A DNA stretch of 64,000 nucleotides, from contig NC_042998.1 in the NCBI RefSeq assembly GCF_006345805.1, forward strand, positions 137,764,001 through 137,828,000, in the 5' to 3' direction. This document shows, in pieces, positions 37,001 through 50,522 of the stretch. Position 1 is the stretch's first letter, and the number at the start of each line of letters is the position of its first letter. A model generated the notes under the pieces. It made no database searches, was not told the DNA's origin, and saw nothing but the letters and a program-made list of their open reading frames with translations. The position numbers and the translations under genes are program-made. This DNA is from Octopus sinensis. Taxonomy: Eukaryota.

Positions 37001-39259
37001 GAATTTGTTGTGGCAGATTTTCTGTGGCTGGATACTCGACTTTTCACCAACCTTCACTTGTTTCCAAGTAAGGTAATATTTCCCCAAGGCCAGATATGTA
37101 TTTTTGCTGAATATTGGAAATGAATGACACTACTATTTTATTTACAACTATCATGCGATGTCAAGACAAGGTGACAAACACGCTCTCTCATAGGCATACA
37201 TGTACACATAAGAGGCTTTTTTCAGTTTCCATTTACCAAATCCACTTATAAAACTTTGGTCAGTTAGGAGCTATAGAAGACACTTGCCTAAGGTGCCATA
37301 CAGTGGGACTGAACCTGAGACTGTGTGATTGAGAAGCAAACTTTTTAACTAACACAGCTATGCCCACACCTACAATACTAAATAAATATATATTTGCTGA
37401 AACTACCATTTCAGTCATCTTACTGCCTTAAATGTACATGAATATATAAATTATCTGGAAATATTATATAATCATTTCATTGACTTCTTGTCAGTTGAAT
37501 TAACTGGGAAGTTAATGAATGTCCAACTATGACTATATAATGAGAAACTCTTCCAAAATGTCTCATTTGTTTTGTACATAATTTCCATTGGTTTTTATTT
37601 TATATATTCAAAACTGTCTTCATACCATATACCCTCACATGGCATCTTCTGAAATTGTTGCTAGTAATTTTAGATATAGTCAAATCACTTTCATATTTGA
37701 AGACATTTGATGTATAATTGTGTTGGCTACTTGCGTTTGTGAAAAATGTTTCAGAAGATTTTTTTTCATGAATAAATATTGTATACATGTTATCATCATT
37801 ATTTCATGTCTATTTTCTGATACTTGCATGGGTTAGTTGAGTCTTCTCCACGACAGCATTCTTTTATTCTGTCCTGCTTTCACCATTTACATCAATGTCT
37901 TTTTGACCTTATTTTTCGATTGGTTCCTTCCACTTGGTACACCTAGTACCCATCTGTCATTATCCATATGCATTACATGTCTGTAGTAACTCAATCATCT
38001 CTCTTGCACATGACATCTGATTTCTCTTATATCCAGTTGTTCTCTCAGTTCATGTAATTTGTCTTTATCTGAACTAACATTACATTTCTCTTGGATCATA
38101 CTCGCTTCATTCCTTTCCAACCTTTGCTCCTCTTCTTCATTTATTACCCATGTCTCACTGCTATACAGCATGCAGTTCACACACAAGCATCATACAATCT
38201 ACCTTTACTGGGAGAAAAAAACCCTTGGTTATCGTCAGAAGTAATAACTCGGATCTTTTTGCACTCAAATTTTGTTCTGGCTGCTATGCTTTCTGAACAT
38301 CCTCCACCACTGCTGGTTAGGTATATCTTGATGATGTTTCATCATCATCACTTAACATCCATGTTCCATGCAGTCATGGGTTGGATGGTTTGATAGGATC
38401 TGATAGGTTCAAGAACAGTATCATGCTTCATTACCTACTTTAGCATAGTTTCTACAGCTGGTTGCCCTTCCTAATGCTAACCACTTTACAGCATGTACTG
38501 GGTGCTTTTTATCATACCATTAGCACTAGTGAGGTCACCATGCAACTTACCAGACAACAACCTCTGAGGGAGGCAGTTTTATGCTAGAAGAGGAATGAAA
38601 GGGGCCAGAGCAGAATAGATTTCTTGCTGTAGAGGGATCACATGGCTACTCACATTTTATAAAAGAGGTTGAGGGATGATTGGGATGGAGATTTTTCTAA
38701 ATATTTTATGTGTGAGTGTGTGTATATACATATGTATATGGGTACAGGACGTCACAACATGAAATACGAAGGCAGACTTTGGTATGCGAACAATGAGAGA
38801 AACAAATGGAAAGCAAGATGAGTAACATAAAAAATGACCCTTCATCAGTTGTCAGTTGCCCACCTACTCCTCATTTCAAGCAATTAATGACAATATGAAG
38901 CTTCAAAAAGGCAGTTGCTCCTGCGAACCAAAATAAAATTTGGGATTTGTGGAGGGTTGGTAACAAAAACAGGACAATGGAGACATACAACAAACATGAG
39001 GGCTGTTAGGCCAGACGACGTAAGGTAGTGAACGCTGGAGGAATGGAATATTGTTTTTGACAAGAGAAAAGATAGGTGACAGATAAGACTGCATCTGGTC
39101 TGTAAGACAGATGGAAAGAAAAGATGATCATATGAGGAAAGGAAAGATGGACAATGGTCACGTGTGAACAACGATAGAGAGTAAAGGAGAAAGAGGGAGA
39201 TATATATATTATATGTATATATGCACACACACACATATATATATATATATATCAAATTC

Positions 39260-39728
39260 AAATTCGATGATTGGCGTCCGTGCTAGCAGGGTGCAAAGAG
39301 CACCTTACAAGTGTGATCATTGACAGAGCGGCTAACCGGCTTCTGTGCCAGTGACATTTAAAAGGCACCATTCAAGCGTGATCATTACCAGCATCGCCTT
39401 ACTGGCACTCGAGCCCTGTGCTAGTAGGGTATTAAGAGCACCATCCGAGCGTGATCGTTGCCAGAGCGGCTATGTGGCCTCCGTGCCAGTGGTACGTAAA
39501 AGACACCATTCTAGCGTGATCATTACCAGCATTGCCTTACTGACACCTGTGCCGGTGGCATGTAAAAGCACCCACTACAATCTCTGAGTGGTTGGCGTTT
39601 GGAAGAGCATCCAGCTGTAGAAACTCTGCCAGATCAAGATTGAAGCCTGGTGCAGCCTTCTGGTTTGCCAACCCTCAATCATTCGTCCAACCCATGCTAG
39701 CATGGAAAGCGGACGTTAAACGATGATG
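39260..39728 (+). mobile_element. Short element ending in the RTE 3' tail (SINE or truncated RTE). Similar copies at ~5010-5062, 28780-28900, 31140-31330, 36950-37090, 38330-38560, 39846-40090, 42720-42960, 44100-44300, 51200-51450, 52230-52560, 54203-54697 and 62330-62560
   Basis: Share GGAAGGGCATCCAGC...CAACCCATGC...GGACGTTAAACGATGAT with the 426-948 3' UTR. Confidence 0.85.
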
Positions 39729-40826
39729 ATATATGTATGTGTATATGCATATTTATATTATTATACACACACACAAGAAGGGCATTCAACACATTTATTG
39801 GGAGTTACATATATGGGTCAAAACAGTTCAATCAAACAGCTTTGACTCATCATCATCATCATCATCGTTTAACGTCCGTTTTCCGCGCTAGCACGGGTTG
39901 GACGGTTTCGACCGGGGTCTGGGGATCTAGGGACTGCCCCAGACTCCAGTCTAGTCTGGCAGTGTTTCTACAGCTGGATGCCCTTCCTAACGCCAACCAC
40001 TCCGCGAGTGTAGTGGGTGTATTTTACGTGCCACCTGCACAGGTGCCAGAGGGGTCTGGCATCGGCCACGTTCGGATGGTGCTTTTTCTATGTGGGGGGG
40101 GGGGGGGCAGAAATATAGGGGAGCACCAGTGGGGAGGGGTGGTTCAGAGAATGATGACAGGTTCTTAGGCAAGTAGAACGTAGGATATCAAGAGGGTAAT
40201 GCATGGTGACATAGCGTATTGAGGAGGGGGGTTCGAAGAGTAGACACCTATAATGGTGGTGGGAGAAACAACATCCGGTATAGATGGAGCAAAAATATAG
40301 AGATATCCGGTATTGGTGGTGGGGGTGGGCAGGGTGGGGGCACCGCGTATACGCGGAGGTTGAAAAAAGATGATAGAGCGAGACTTGGTCTGGCAGAGTT
40401 AATAGAGGAGAAATTAGATACAATAGTTAGATAGATAAATAACAACAGATAGGAAAACATGTATGATTGGTCGAGAAGTGAAGTGAAAATAAATAAATAA
40501 AAATAAAATAATATAAGCATTCAAACTTAGCTGTGCTCGAGATTATTAGCTGCTAGGTGAATGAAAGAGAGAGCACATGTTGTTGCCTTAAGTAAAGAAA
40601 TTGACCGGAAAGGAATTTTTGGACAAGGCGGAAGTGTATTAAGGGAACAGGCTTCAAAGATGGAGGAGATCGATAGACAGATACGCGAGGGTTGAAAAAA
40701 GATGATAGAGCGAGACTTGGTCGGGCAGAGTTAATAGAGGAGAAATTAGATAGATAAATAACAACAGATAGGAAAACATGTATGATTGGTCGAGAAGTGA
40801 AGTGAAAATAAATAAATAAAAATAAA

Positions 40827-40861
<35 letters not shown>

Positions 40862-40997
40862 TATATATTGAAATTAAATGTTAACTTTTCAGATATAATT
40901 TCTTTATATCTACAATAGTTATTAGTTCTACTAGACAAAACTGCATTTTCTGTTTTTGAAATGTTTAAAAATGTCCATGCTTACAAGAAATATGTTA

Positions 40998-42085
40998 TCT
41001 GTATATATATAAGGGAAGATTTGTGTGTGTACATGATTGTAGTTTATGCACATCCACAAATTAGCACGCATGTCGCTCAAATTTTAGGAAGACATTCATC
41101 AACATCCTATCAGGGTTTTGTCAACTTATTTTTTTACCGAGGCACCTGCGGATAGCAGTAAAAATCTATTTTCAGCCATAGCTTTTAGCCATAAAAAATA
41201 TCAGCCATAGCTTTTTGACAGCGTCTAACAAAAAAAAAACCGGATAAAGAAAAGTGGAAGAGAAGTAGTTTCACAGCGTCTAAATAAAAAAGAGGGAAAG
41301 ACAAAGTGAGAGGGAGAGAGAAAGTGATGATGTTCATAAAAAAATAAAATGTAAAATGGTTTGTTTTTTCTTAAACACGAGATATAGTGTTCAAATTCAG
41401 GATGTTTTTGAAAGACACTATATTTTATAATCATAGTATAAATACTTTCTCAAACACCAATTACAATATATTTATTTTAAATTGTTTATCTTTCTCCCCT
41501 CTCTCTCTCTCTCACACATTACTTTGGGTGCGAAAGAGTTTTGTTTTTATTTTACTCCGAGTAAAAAAGTGTTTTGTTGACAATCCATTTATTTAACAAC
41601 AAAGACACAAAGAGGTAGCTAAGAATTTGTCAGTGAATTACACAATATAAATGGGTACAATTTGCGAGGCTTCCACCACACCCCACTTTGTTTCACGGAC
41701 CACAAAAAGGGTTTTGTGGCATATTAAGAGGACAGAGTAGTTGATTCCATGCAAAAAAAAAACAATTTTTTTTCTTATTGAAAATCATGCGAGTGTTAAT
41801 CTACAAATTTAACAACATTTTTTCCATTCATTTCTGTTTATGAACATGTATTTGTGCACAAAACATGCAATAGGTGTACGTACGTACGTGTGTGTATGTG
41901 TGTTCATGTCTGTTGCCCATATATAATTATACTATATTATATTAATATATATATATGATATAACTAATTTCAACGGATTTTGCCCAAATTTGACGTCGAT
42001 ATTACTTAGTTTGGTTTGAAATAAAGAACTTGATTAGCTTAATAATCGTAACTTAATCCCGGGCAAGGCCGGGTTATACTGCTAG
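40998..42085 (+). mobile_element. Non-autonomous Helitron, ~1.09 kb, in STRAP intron 1
   Basis: 5' A|TC, 3' CTAG|T, subterminal GC hairpin CCCGG-GCAAGG-CCGGG at 42058-42073, no TSD. A degenerate similar 3' end lies at ~54965-54994. Confidence 0.75.
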
Positions 42086-45000
42086 TCTACTTTATTCAGA
42101 AGTTAAAAATATGTATTTATGCACATGGAATTTAGTAGAACTGCCATTATAAGTCTTTTCTTTTGCTTCATCCCTCAGTATCATATTTTACTCAAAGAAG
42201 CTTATTTGTTCTGTAGAGTTTCGAATCTGTTTATAATGATTTCTTGCTGCATTATTTGTTTTAAAGCTGAGAGTTTTTCACTGTTTTGATATGAAAAATG
42301 TCATTTGATGTTTTAAGACAGTTTCACTTACAGTCCAGCTGACTGAAAAACTCTCTTTAATCCTTTAAAGGTCAAGTTTACTGTTTTGACATTCTATAAT
42401 TTTTAATCAGTTATAATAAGTGCTATGTTTTAGCTTTAAATTCATTTTAACACAAGTTCTTTTAAAATTTTATAGGTTGATATTCATCTTTTCAGTACTT
42501 AGTTTTCACTTTTTACATCTAGGGATTTATTTGTGAACTCTCTTGCTGAAAGTTATTCATACACCTGTTACTTGTCATTGTCATGATTAATAATATTGAG
42601 GGTGATTAGTAATGATAAATGCCAAGTGTACAGATAATTTTCATTGGCAGTTTATTGCTCAATTTTTCTTAGAGATATGTGTGAAATATGTCCTCAACAT
42701 TGACATCATTATCATCTTTTTTTTACATTTGCTTTCCTTACTGGCATGGGTTAGAGGGTCGTCACAGCTGGAGTTATGTAATTTGGGCATGCTACTTGAT
42801 TTGTCTGGGAAATCTCACATTTGCATTTCCTTTTTGGCATAGTTTCTACAGCTGAATTCCCTTCCTAACACCAACCACTTTACTAAGTGTACTGACTTCA
42901 TTTTTGTGGTATCAGTATTAGAAAGGTGTCATGTTCTTGACAAGACTAAAAGGATTTCACAACCCCAAGCACCTACTTGTTTGCCAGCCTCTTTACAAAG
43001 TGAGAGGCTTCAGTGATAGAGGCATGAATAATAGTGATGAGTGAGATGTATGATAAGGGGTAGAGTGAAAGGAGTATTGTGAGTTAGGTATATATATACA
43101 TATATATTTAAGGCGTGACTTAGGATATAGAATGATGACAGAGACCCAGAATGTGTGACCAGAAGAGATAGAGCAATGACAGAGGACTAGGATGTGTGGG
43201 AGAAAAGGAACAAGAGTATGATGTCAGAGAAAGTGAAACAGTGATGACTCATAAGTAGTACAGGCAGGGAGTATGAAGGTGGAGTGTAGTGGCCCAATGT
43301 AGCCACTTAGAGTGTCTTTGAGATTAGCTGCTGAGATTGAGTGATATGAGTTGCAACAAGAGGAATGGAAAGTAGGTGGGTCCTGTACTAGTAAATGGTA
43401 CAAAGCACAGGATTGCTGGTGTGCCAGACTAGATGCAATAGCATCATAAATTATACTAGAAGTAATATATAGCAAACAGAAGACAATCTCTATCATTCTT
43501 CATTCTGTTATTCTTTTCTTTTGCCATTACTTCATCTTAGATCTAATTACTTCTTCTCCAAGTTTCTGCTGGCTCATGGCATTTATCCACTGTTGAAATC
43601 AAATATAATGGAAGCATTTTACCTATAAAAAAGCTAATTTATTGTTTAGTTTTATTAGCATAATAACAATTAGCTGTTTCTAGATATTTGAATTTATTTA
43701 CCTTGACTTGTCAGACTGGATTCATACAAATGTAGTAGTTTCTCAATACTTCCTTTTGCCCCACGAAAAGATTTAAACTCACCTCTGCAAATTAACAAAA
43801 CACTCGTCAGTATAGAGTGCTCCTACTGTTTATATCTATGACATGCACATAACTTGGTACCTATTCAAAGTTAAAGCATTAGATCATTAAGAATTATGAT
43901 TGTGAAAGACAGTCTAACCTTTATGACCATCTGTGAAGGTTAACAATTTATACCTGGCTATATACTCTACTGGAACTATATTGGTCACTGTGACTCTGTT
44001 ATTGCACTATCATTTGTATATTCCATTCTAGATGTGTGTAGGTATCTAACAGCAACATAAATATCTATATTCAGATTTAGCCATTTGTAGCATTCTTCAT
44101 CATGTCATCATCTTCATTTCATATTTGCTTCCCATGCTTGCATGAGTTGTAAATTTTTCAAGATCTAATAGGTCAAAGGACCATGTCTTCATCCAGTGTC
44201 AGAGTTTTGGTATGATCCTTATAGCTGGATGCCCTCCCTAGCTCCAACCATTTTACAAAGCTTACTGGGTGTTTTTTGCTTGGTATCAGCTTTAATGAAT
44301 CCCCTCTTAACTTGCAAGACTGAAGGGCTCTCTCCCTATTTCCGATTGAGAGGGAGGCCCTGAGATAGGCCAGTCACTTCAAGCGAGATGTTAAGAAGTA
44401 TTGTGAAAAAACAAAATTCTTCATTCGCATTGAAATAACATTTGGAGGTATTTAAAATTTTTTTACCATGCCAAAATTCTCAGATTTTTTAGTTTTTATT
44501 AAAATTTCTTTAAAAACCAAAAGAGATGGGAGAAGTCTTTTTTTTTTTCCTCTTTTACTGAATTTAAGTCCTTCTGATGTTGAAATAATAGTAATTTCCT
44601 GTAAAATACCAAAATACTCAAGAATTGTACAGCTTTGTAATTTGTGCATAATTGATGTATTATTGAGTTTTAAAAATTTATTTTATTTATCAATGCTAAC
44701 AGCTAACAAATAAATATTTCTCAAAATTGATTTCAAGCTGAAAATATAAACTGCTGGTTTAGGGTTGGATTAATCTGTTGATTATCCACCGGAAATTACA
44801 ATAATTGTATCTAAAATTCAACTGTGAGACTCCAATAAAATTCTAACATATCTGATGGAATTAAATCAATGCTTGCTCAATAAAAACTAATTTGTTCATG
44901 ATAATCTTAGGTCTTTTTTTTTTTTGTCGCTATCCATAAATAGATAATAAAATATCTTTGACTGAGGAACCAGGTCAAAGATAGGACTTCAGCCATTTTA

Positions 45001-45808
45001 CAAGATGCTCGTCATAGTACTCACTATAGTTTGTGAATCTGATAGATGTTTGCTTCAGTTAGTCTTGTCTAACATGTACTAGCAAATCTTAAAATGATGA
45101 TATATATGTTTATATATTATTAGGTCTGTTGTGAGACTAATTTATGATGGTAGGGTATGGGTTGAGGGAAATTTGGCTAGTAGGGAGTGTGTCTGCACAG
45201 AGATCTCATGTTATTGACTCGAAATAAACTTTGGTGTTGTCATATGATCAGTTATAGATGAAAATCTATAATAGATGGTCGTCCAGTTATGTCAATCTTG
45301 TTTGTATATCAGGAACTATAATTGTTTATTATGACTTTTTATGTGTGTGGTTTCTGAGAACTTTGGCTGCTGTTTTCAGCACATTGAGTGACAACTGAAT
45401 TGTTATGTGTGTTGTCAAAACCCCTAACATATATGATAGTAAAAATATTTTGTGTTAAGAAAAGTGGTTGCAAAAACTAGAATATATTTTTTTTTGTGTA
45501 AATATATAGGTTTCAGAAAAATATAATGTTTAGCTGTTTGTGCATCATACTTAATGTTAATACATGATGATGGGTACAAATTTACTGTAGGAAATATACA
45601 CCAATATAGGAAAACAGTGAATAGGCATTCACTGATGTTGCAAATAGCTGCTCAGATGAACAAAAATCCATAATGTGCAACAGAAGTAGTATTAGATTAA
45701 AATACTCATTTGTATATCATGCATAACATTAATACATTGTAATTGGTAAATTTTTTGCAGTTTTTATTTTAAGATGATATCTTATATGGATGTGCTGTGA
45801 TTAAAAAC

Positions 45809-46704
45809 TGTTGTGACGGATACCTCCAAGTGAGAAGTAGGCTGTTTCACTACTGATAAATAGTGGGCACACACAGCAAGCAGTGTCAGTCAGTGAGGTA
45901 CGCTGTTTGAGCTAGTCATGCAGACGACAAAATACGTTGTCATTATGCGGGACAGAGTGGCGATGAGGAGTCAAACTATACACAGTGGTAGAAAGACACA
46001 ACACAGACTGTGTAAGAAGGCACAACAACTACATGCTGAAAAATTTGAAGAAGGATTTGAACTATTGCACAGTGAAAAATAATATACACACAGTGGAAAA
46101 CATAAATTCTATTGGGAAAAGATTCTGAAGAAAAAAAATGTCTGAAAAATCCCGAAGTAAGATTTGAACTAACACAGAATTACATACAGCGAAAATATAT
46201 AAACTCTTTTGAAAAAGATTCTGAAGAAAAAAATGTCTGATAAAACTGGAACTCTAACACAGAACTGAACTACACACAGTGAAAAATAAGTCTGTTCGAA
46301 GGATTTAAGTTAGGTCACTATGTGTTAGTAGCACTACTGGCAAACAATGTAAACTGGTACCACCTGTGGCATTTGGAAGAGAGAAATAATTCTTTGTGGA
46401 AGAAAAAAAAATAATAAGTCCATGTGAAGGATTTAAGTCAGGTCTCTATGTGTTAGTAGCACTATCAGTAAACAATGTAGACTGGTACTACTTGTGGCAT
46501 TTTGAAGAAAAAAATAATGCTGTTTGAAAGGCAAAAAGAAAAATCTCAAAGGGAAAGGTGTTGTGGCGGACACCCAAGTGAGATGCGAGCTGTTCCACTA
46601 CTGATGAATAGTAGACAGACACAAGCAATGTCAGTCAACGAGGTATGCTGTTCGGACCAGTCACACAGACGACAAAATACATCGTCATAATGTGGGACAT
46701 ATCA
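45809..46704 (+). mobile_element. TRIM-like non-autonomous LTR retroelement, 896 bp
   Basis: Two ~146-bp LTRs (45809-45954, 46559-46704) with TG...CA ends, PBS TGGCGATGAGGA at 45958, PPT AAAGGGAAAGG at 46548-46558, 5-bp TSD AAAAC, and a non-coding interior of tandem repeats. Confidence 0.82.
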
Positions 46705-47528
46705 AAAACACAGATATATCAAAGGCAGATGAAAATTGTTTTAGCATCAGCTGGTGAGAAGTTAGATGCATTTCTACCTTACTAGCTTTGTCAGTAGCAG
46801 ATAAATCTAAACCATAAAAGAAAGGTGTAATCTTGTATAAAAATACACTTATGAATTATTTTGTAATTTGAATTGAAGTTTTTTCTGTGTTCATTTAATT
46901 TATTTTGTTTGGTATATATTAGCAAAATATTTTCTTTTTAATGACAGTAAATATATATGTCTAAAAATTATGAGGCCATTTACAAATAGTCAAAGTAGCT
47001 TAGTGAGCATAAGACTAAAAATCTCAAGGTCCCTGGTTTAATCTTAAGTTTAGCATGTTGATGAGGTTCTGTTTTGTTCTTGAAATTATTACTAATTGAA
47101 ATTTCTGTGGTATGAATTAAGGAAGCTGACAGAAGGGAAGATTTTGGTTTCACACACACACACATATACAAGTAGTCTGATCAATAAGTATCCAAGCTGT
47201 TGCCATAGTAACAAATTTATAAGATTAAGGCAAAATTGTTTGTGTATTGGGCAATGATACTTTGTGGTATTTAATATTTACATGTGGGACCCATGAAATT
47301 CCACAGAATGAAAAATAATTAAGAGGAGCTATTTAAGAAAGAAAGGATGATTTGCATTTTTATTGCATATAAATCTTATCGTTGCTTGTGCAATAAATGA
47401 TAGAAAAATACACAATAACAATATATATAATACTTAATATGCATATCATTCATTAGTATTTGAGTCTATTGAAATTGTAAGATCAATATATAATTGTATA
47501 TTCCTTATGTAATAACACTCCAGGTAAT

Positions 47529-48896
47529 AACAGGAATTCAAGACAGACTGCTCCTGGGAGCTCCTCTATGCTGATGACCTTGCTCTAATAGCTGAGTCAC
47601 TACCAGAATTAGAGAAGTTTCAGTTATGGAAGCAAGGCCTAGAAACGAAGGGCCTTAGAGTCAATCTAACAAAAACCAAAGTCTTAGTAAGTAGGAAGAC
47701 AGACAAATCAAAAATCCCTTCAGGTAGATGGCCCTGCTCAATCTATAGAAAAGGTGTAGGTAGAAACTCCATAAGATGTACCCAGTGTAAGCTTTGGACA
47801 CATAAGAGGTGCAGTAATATCAAAGGAAGATTAACTGGGAAGATAGTTTTTGTGTGTGGCAGATGTACAGGGGCAATAAACATCGATGTACAGAAAACAG
47901 ATTCCTTCACACGCCAGGGGGGAAAAACTAGAAGTAGTTCATAGCTTCCGTTACCTAGGTGACCAAGTCAGTAGCAGCGGTGGATGCTCTGAGAAGATAG
48001 CTGCTAGAATAAGAATAGCCTAGGCAAAGTTCAGAGAGAGCTCCTGCCTCTGCTGGTAACAAAGGGCTTCTTGTTCAAAGTGAAAGGTAGACTGTATGAT
48101 GCTATGCTACACAGCAGTGAAACATGGGCTTTGACTGCAGAGGACATGCGTAGGCTTGAAAGACCAGAAGCTAGTATGCTCCACTGGATGTGTAATGTCA
48201 GTGTGCATACACCACAGAGTGTAAGCATCCTGAGAGAAAAGTTGAACGTAAGAAGCATCAGATCTTGTATGCAAGAGAGCCGACTATACTAGCATAGTCA
48301 TGTGTTGCATATGAATGAGGACAGCTGTGTGAAGTGTCACACCCTAACAGTAGAGGGAACCTGTGGAAGAGGTAGATCCAGGAAGACATGGAATGAGGTG
48401 GTGAAGCATGACCTTCGAACCTTAGGCCTCACATAGGCAATGATTAGTGACTGAGACCTTTGGCAATATGTCATGCTTGAGAAGACCCAACAAGCCAAAT
48501 GAGATCGTAGTTGTGGCCAGTGCCATTGTTGTATAACTGGCCCATTTAAAAGTACCCTTCAATCATCAGGCGATATACTGTGCTTGAGAAAACCTGTTGA
48601 GTCAAGTGAAATTATAGTCATGGCTGATGCCAATGCAGCTTGACTGGTACACATGCTGGTGGCATGTAAAAAGCACCATTTGAGTATGATCAATGCCAAT
48701 GCCGCCTGACTGGCCTCCATGCTGATGGCATGTAAAAAGCACCCACTAGAGTGGTTGACATTAGGAAGGGCATCCAACCATAGAAACCTTGCCAGATCAA
48801 ATTGGAGCCTGGTGCAGCCTCCTGGCTTGCCTGTCCTCAGTTAGACCATCCAACCCATGCCAGTATGGGAAGCAGATGTTAAACGATGATGATGAT
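47529..48896 (+). mobile_element. 5'-truncated, decayed copy of the same RTE family (YADD to (GAT)n tail)
   Basis: Collinear with 1940-426 (WELLYADD, GRWPCS..RKGVGRNSIRC, LERPEASML); contains stops, frameshifts and CpG depletion. Confidence 0.92.
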
Positions 48897-50386
48897 CTGA
48901 TCATCATCATAATTGCTTTGCACTATATACAATTAATGTACACAAAACAATATAGAGAATATACATGATGTTTTTATTTACATAGTTTCAATTCCATTGC
49001 AAAATTTAAAAAAAAAGTAATATCCATAGCTATTTTGCTAAGTTATCTCACTTCCACTCACAATATATGATTTTAAAATTTCTCTCTCCTATACTCTTTA
49101 TACTTCTCTCCCCTCCTTTTCTCTAACAAACTTTTTAACCATTTCTCTCTTTCTTTTCACCTCTCGTTTCCATTAACCATGTGGCAGTGTTGTTAATGGA
49201 AGTGGCTATCTGTTATCTCATTTTCCCTCTCCCTCTGTCATATCCTTTCTCACTCACTACCCCTCCCCTGTCAAATAAACTAAACTTGTGAATGAATGAA
49301 CAAGCAGAATTATAATATAATATAGACCTTGTCTTTTATTTTTCTGAGGCTGTTGAAATATGTACCGGTTGGATACTGGAGTTGACATGATTGTTCCCTG
49401 CCTCCAACATTTGTATTAGAAAAAGGTGGGTGGATAGGCAGAATCATTAGTGTTGAGAAAAATGCCTTGTTGGTCTTAGCTCATTGGCAGTGGTAATTGT
49501 CTTGTCCTAGCTCTCTGATGGACTGGTTCCCTTGGTCATAATCAATTTTGATGATTGAGGAAGAAGTGAAATGAAAGAGTGGCTGATAACAGCAATCATA
49601 TCAAGACCAGAGGCCTACTGCTCAAGTAATACTGCTTGATGCATTACTTATAACAACATCATGGTAAAGTGAGAGAAAATTTGTCTTGTTCTTGTTCTCA
49701 GAAACCCATGAGTGGAAGCTCTTTCCTCTCCAAACCAGGAATTCATTCATTCCTAAAACAAATGAGTTTTGCCAGAGATCAAATAGCACTGTGATACTGG
49801 AGACATGCAAGCAATACACTTTTGGTGTAAATAACATGAAGATTATTATCATCAGCAGAAGCAAGAGTATTTGAAGGATGTGTAATGTTCTTTGTTTTGT
49901 CTCAAGCTTTAACAGGTATGTTTGGATGTACTAAATTCCAATATGAAAGATGGTAGGAGGGTAGAGATGTGCAGTGTCTCAGCTCTACTTAACAAGTAGT
50001 TTCTCATTTATATGTGTGTAAGTTGCCTGAAATGTTTCTTCCTGTACTTCTAAATAATATTTTGTTTTATTTATTGTGTATTATTCATTTATCATACATT
50101 CTTATTTCATGAAATTTTTAATATGTTTCTGTATTAATACAAAGTAGAAGTCATAGATGTGTTTATTTACATTTCTTGTGGGGTTAAAGTCAGTTATACT
50201 TCTACTCAAACGTTGGTGATATCATGTTAAAGTTAGGCATTCATAATTTCCATTTTCAAGTTTTAATTTTAATTTTTTCATTGAAACTATGTACACTTGT
50301 ATATTCTTCAGGTGGATAATGCATTGTTTTATTTTTGGTTTAGCCACTGTTCATTTCATGAGTGTATAATCATTATGTTTGTGCAG

Positions 50387-50522
50387 ATGGAAAACCCATG
50401 TTACGGCAAGGAGAAACTGGAGATTGGATTGGTACTTTTGAAGGCCACAAGGGAGCGGTGTGGGGTGCTGCACTAAACAGAGAGGCTACCCGGGCTGCCA
50501 CGGGAGCAGCTGACTTTACAGC
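50387..50522 (+). CDS. STRAP: STRAP coding exon 2 ([46 protein letters not shown])
   Basis: Acceptor GTGCAG; donor GC|GTATGT; 136 nt; WD40 repeat matching STRAP. Confidence 0.97.

Noticed and set aside
38842-38848. CTGATGA on the minus strand in a repeat remnant
   Set aside because: No pairing helix II or GAAA follows.
45564-45635. Possible intronic C/D snoRNA (ATGATGA...CTGA, ~72 nt)
   Set aside because: Weak terminal stem and no rRNA complementarity recognised; expected by chance in AT-rich DNA.
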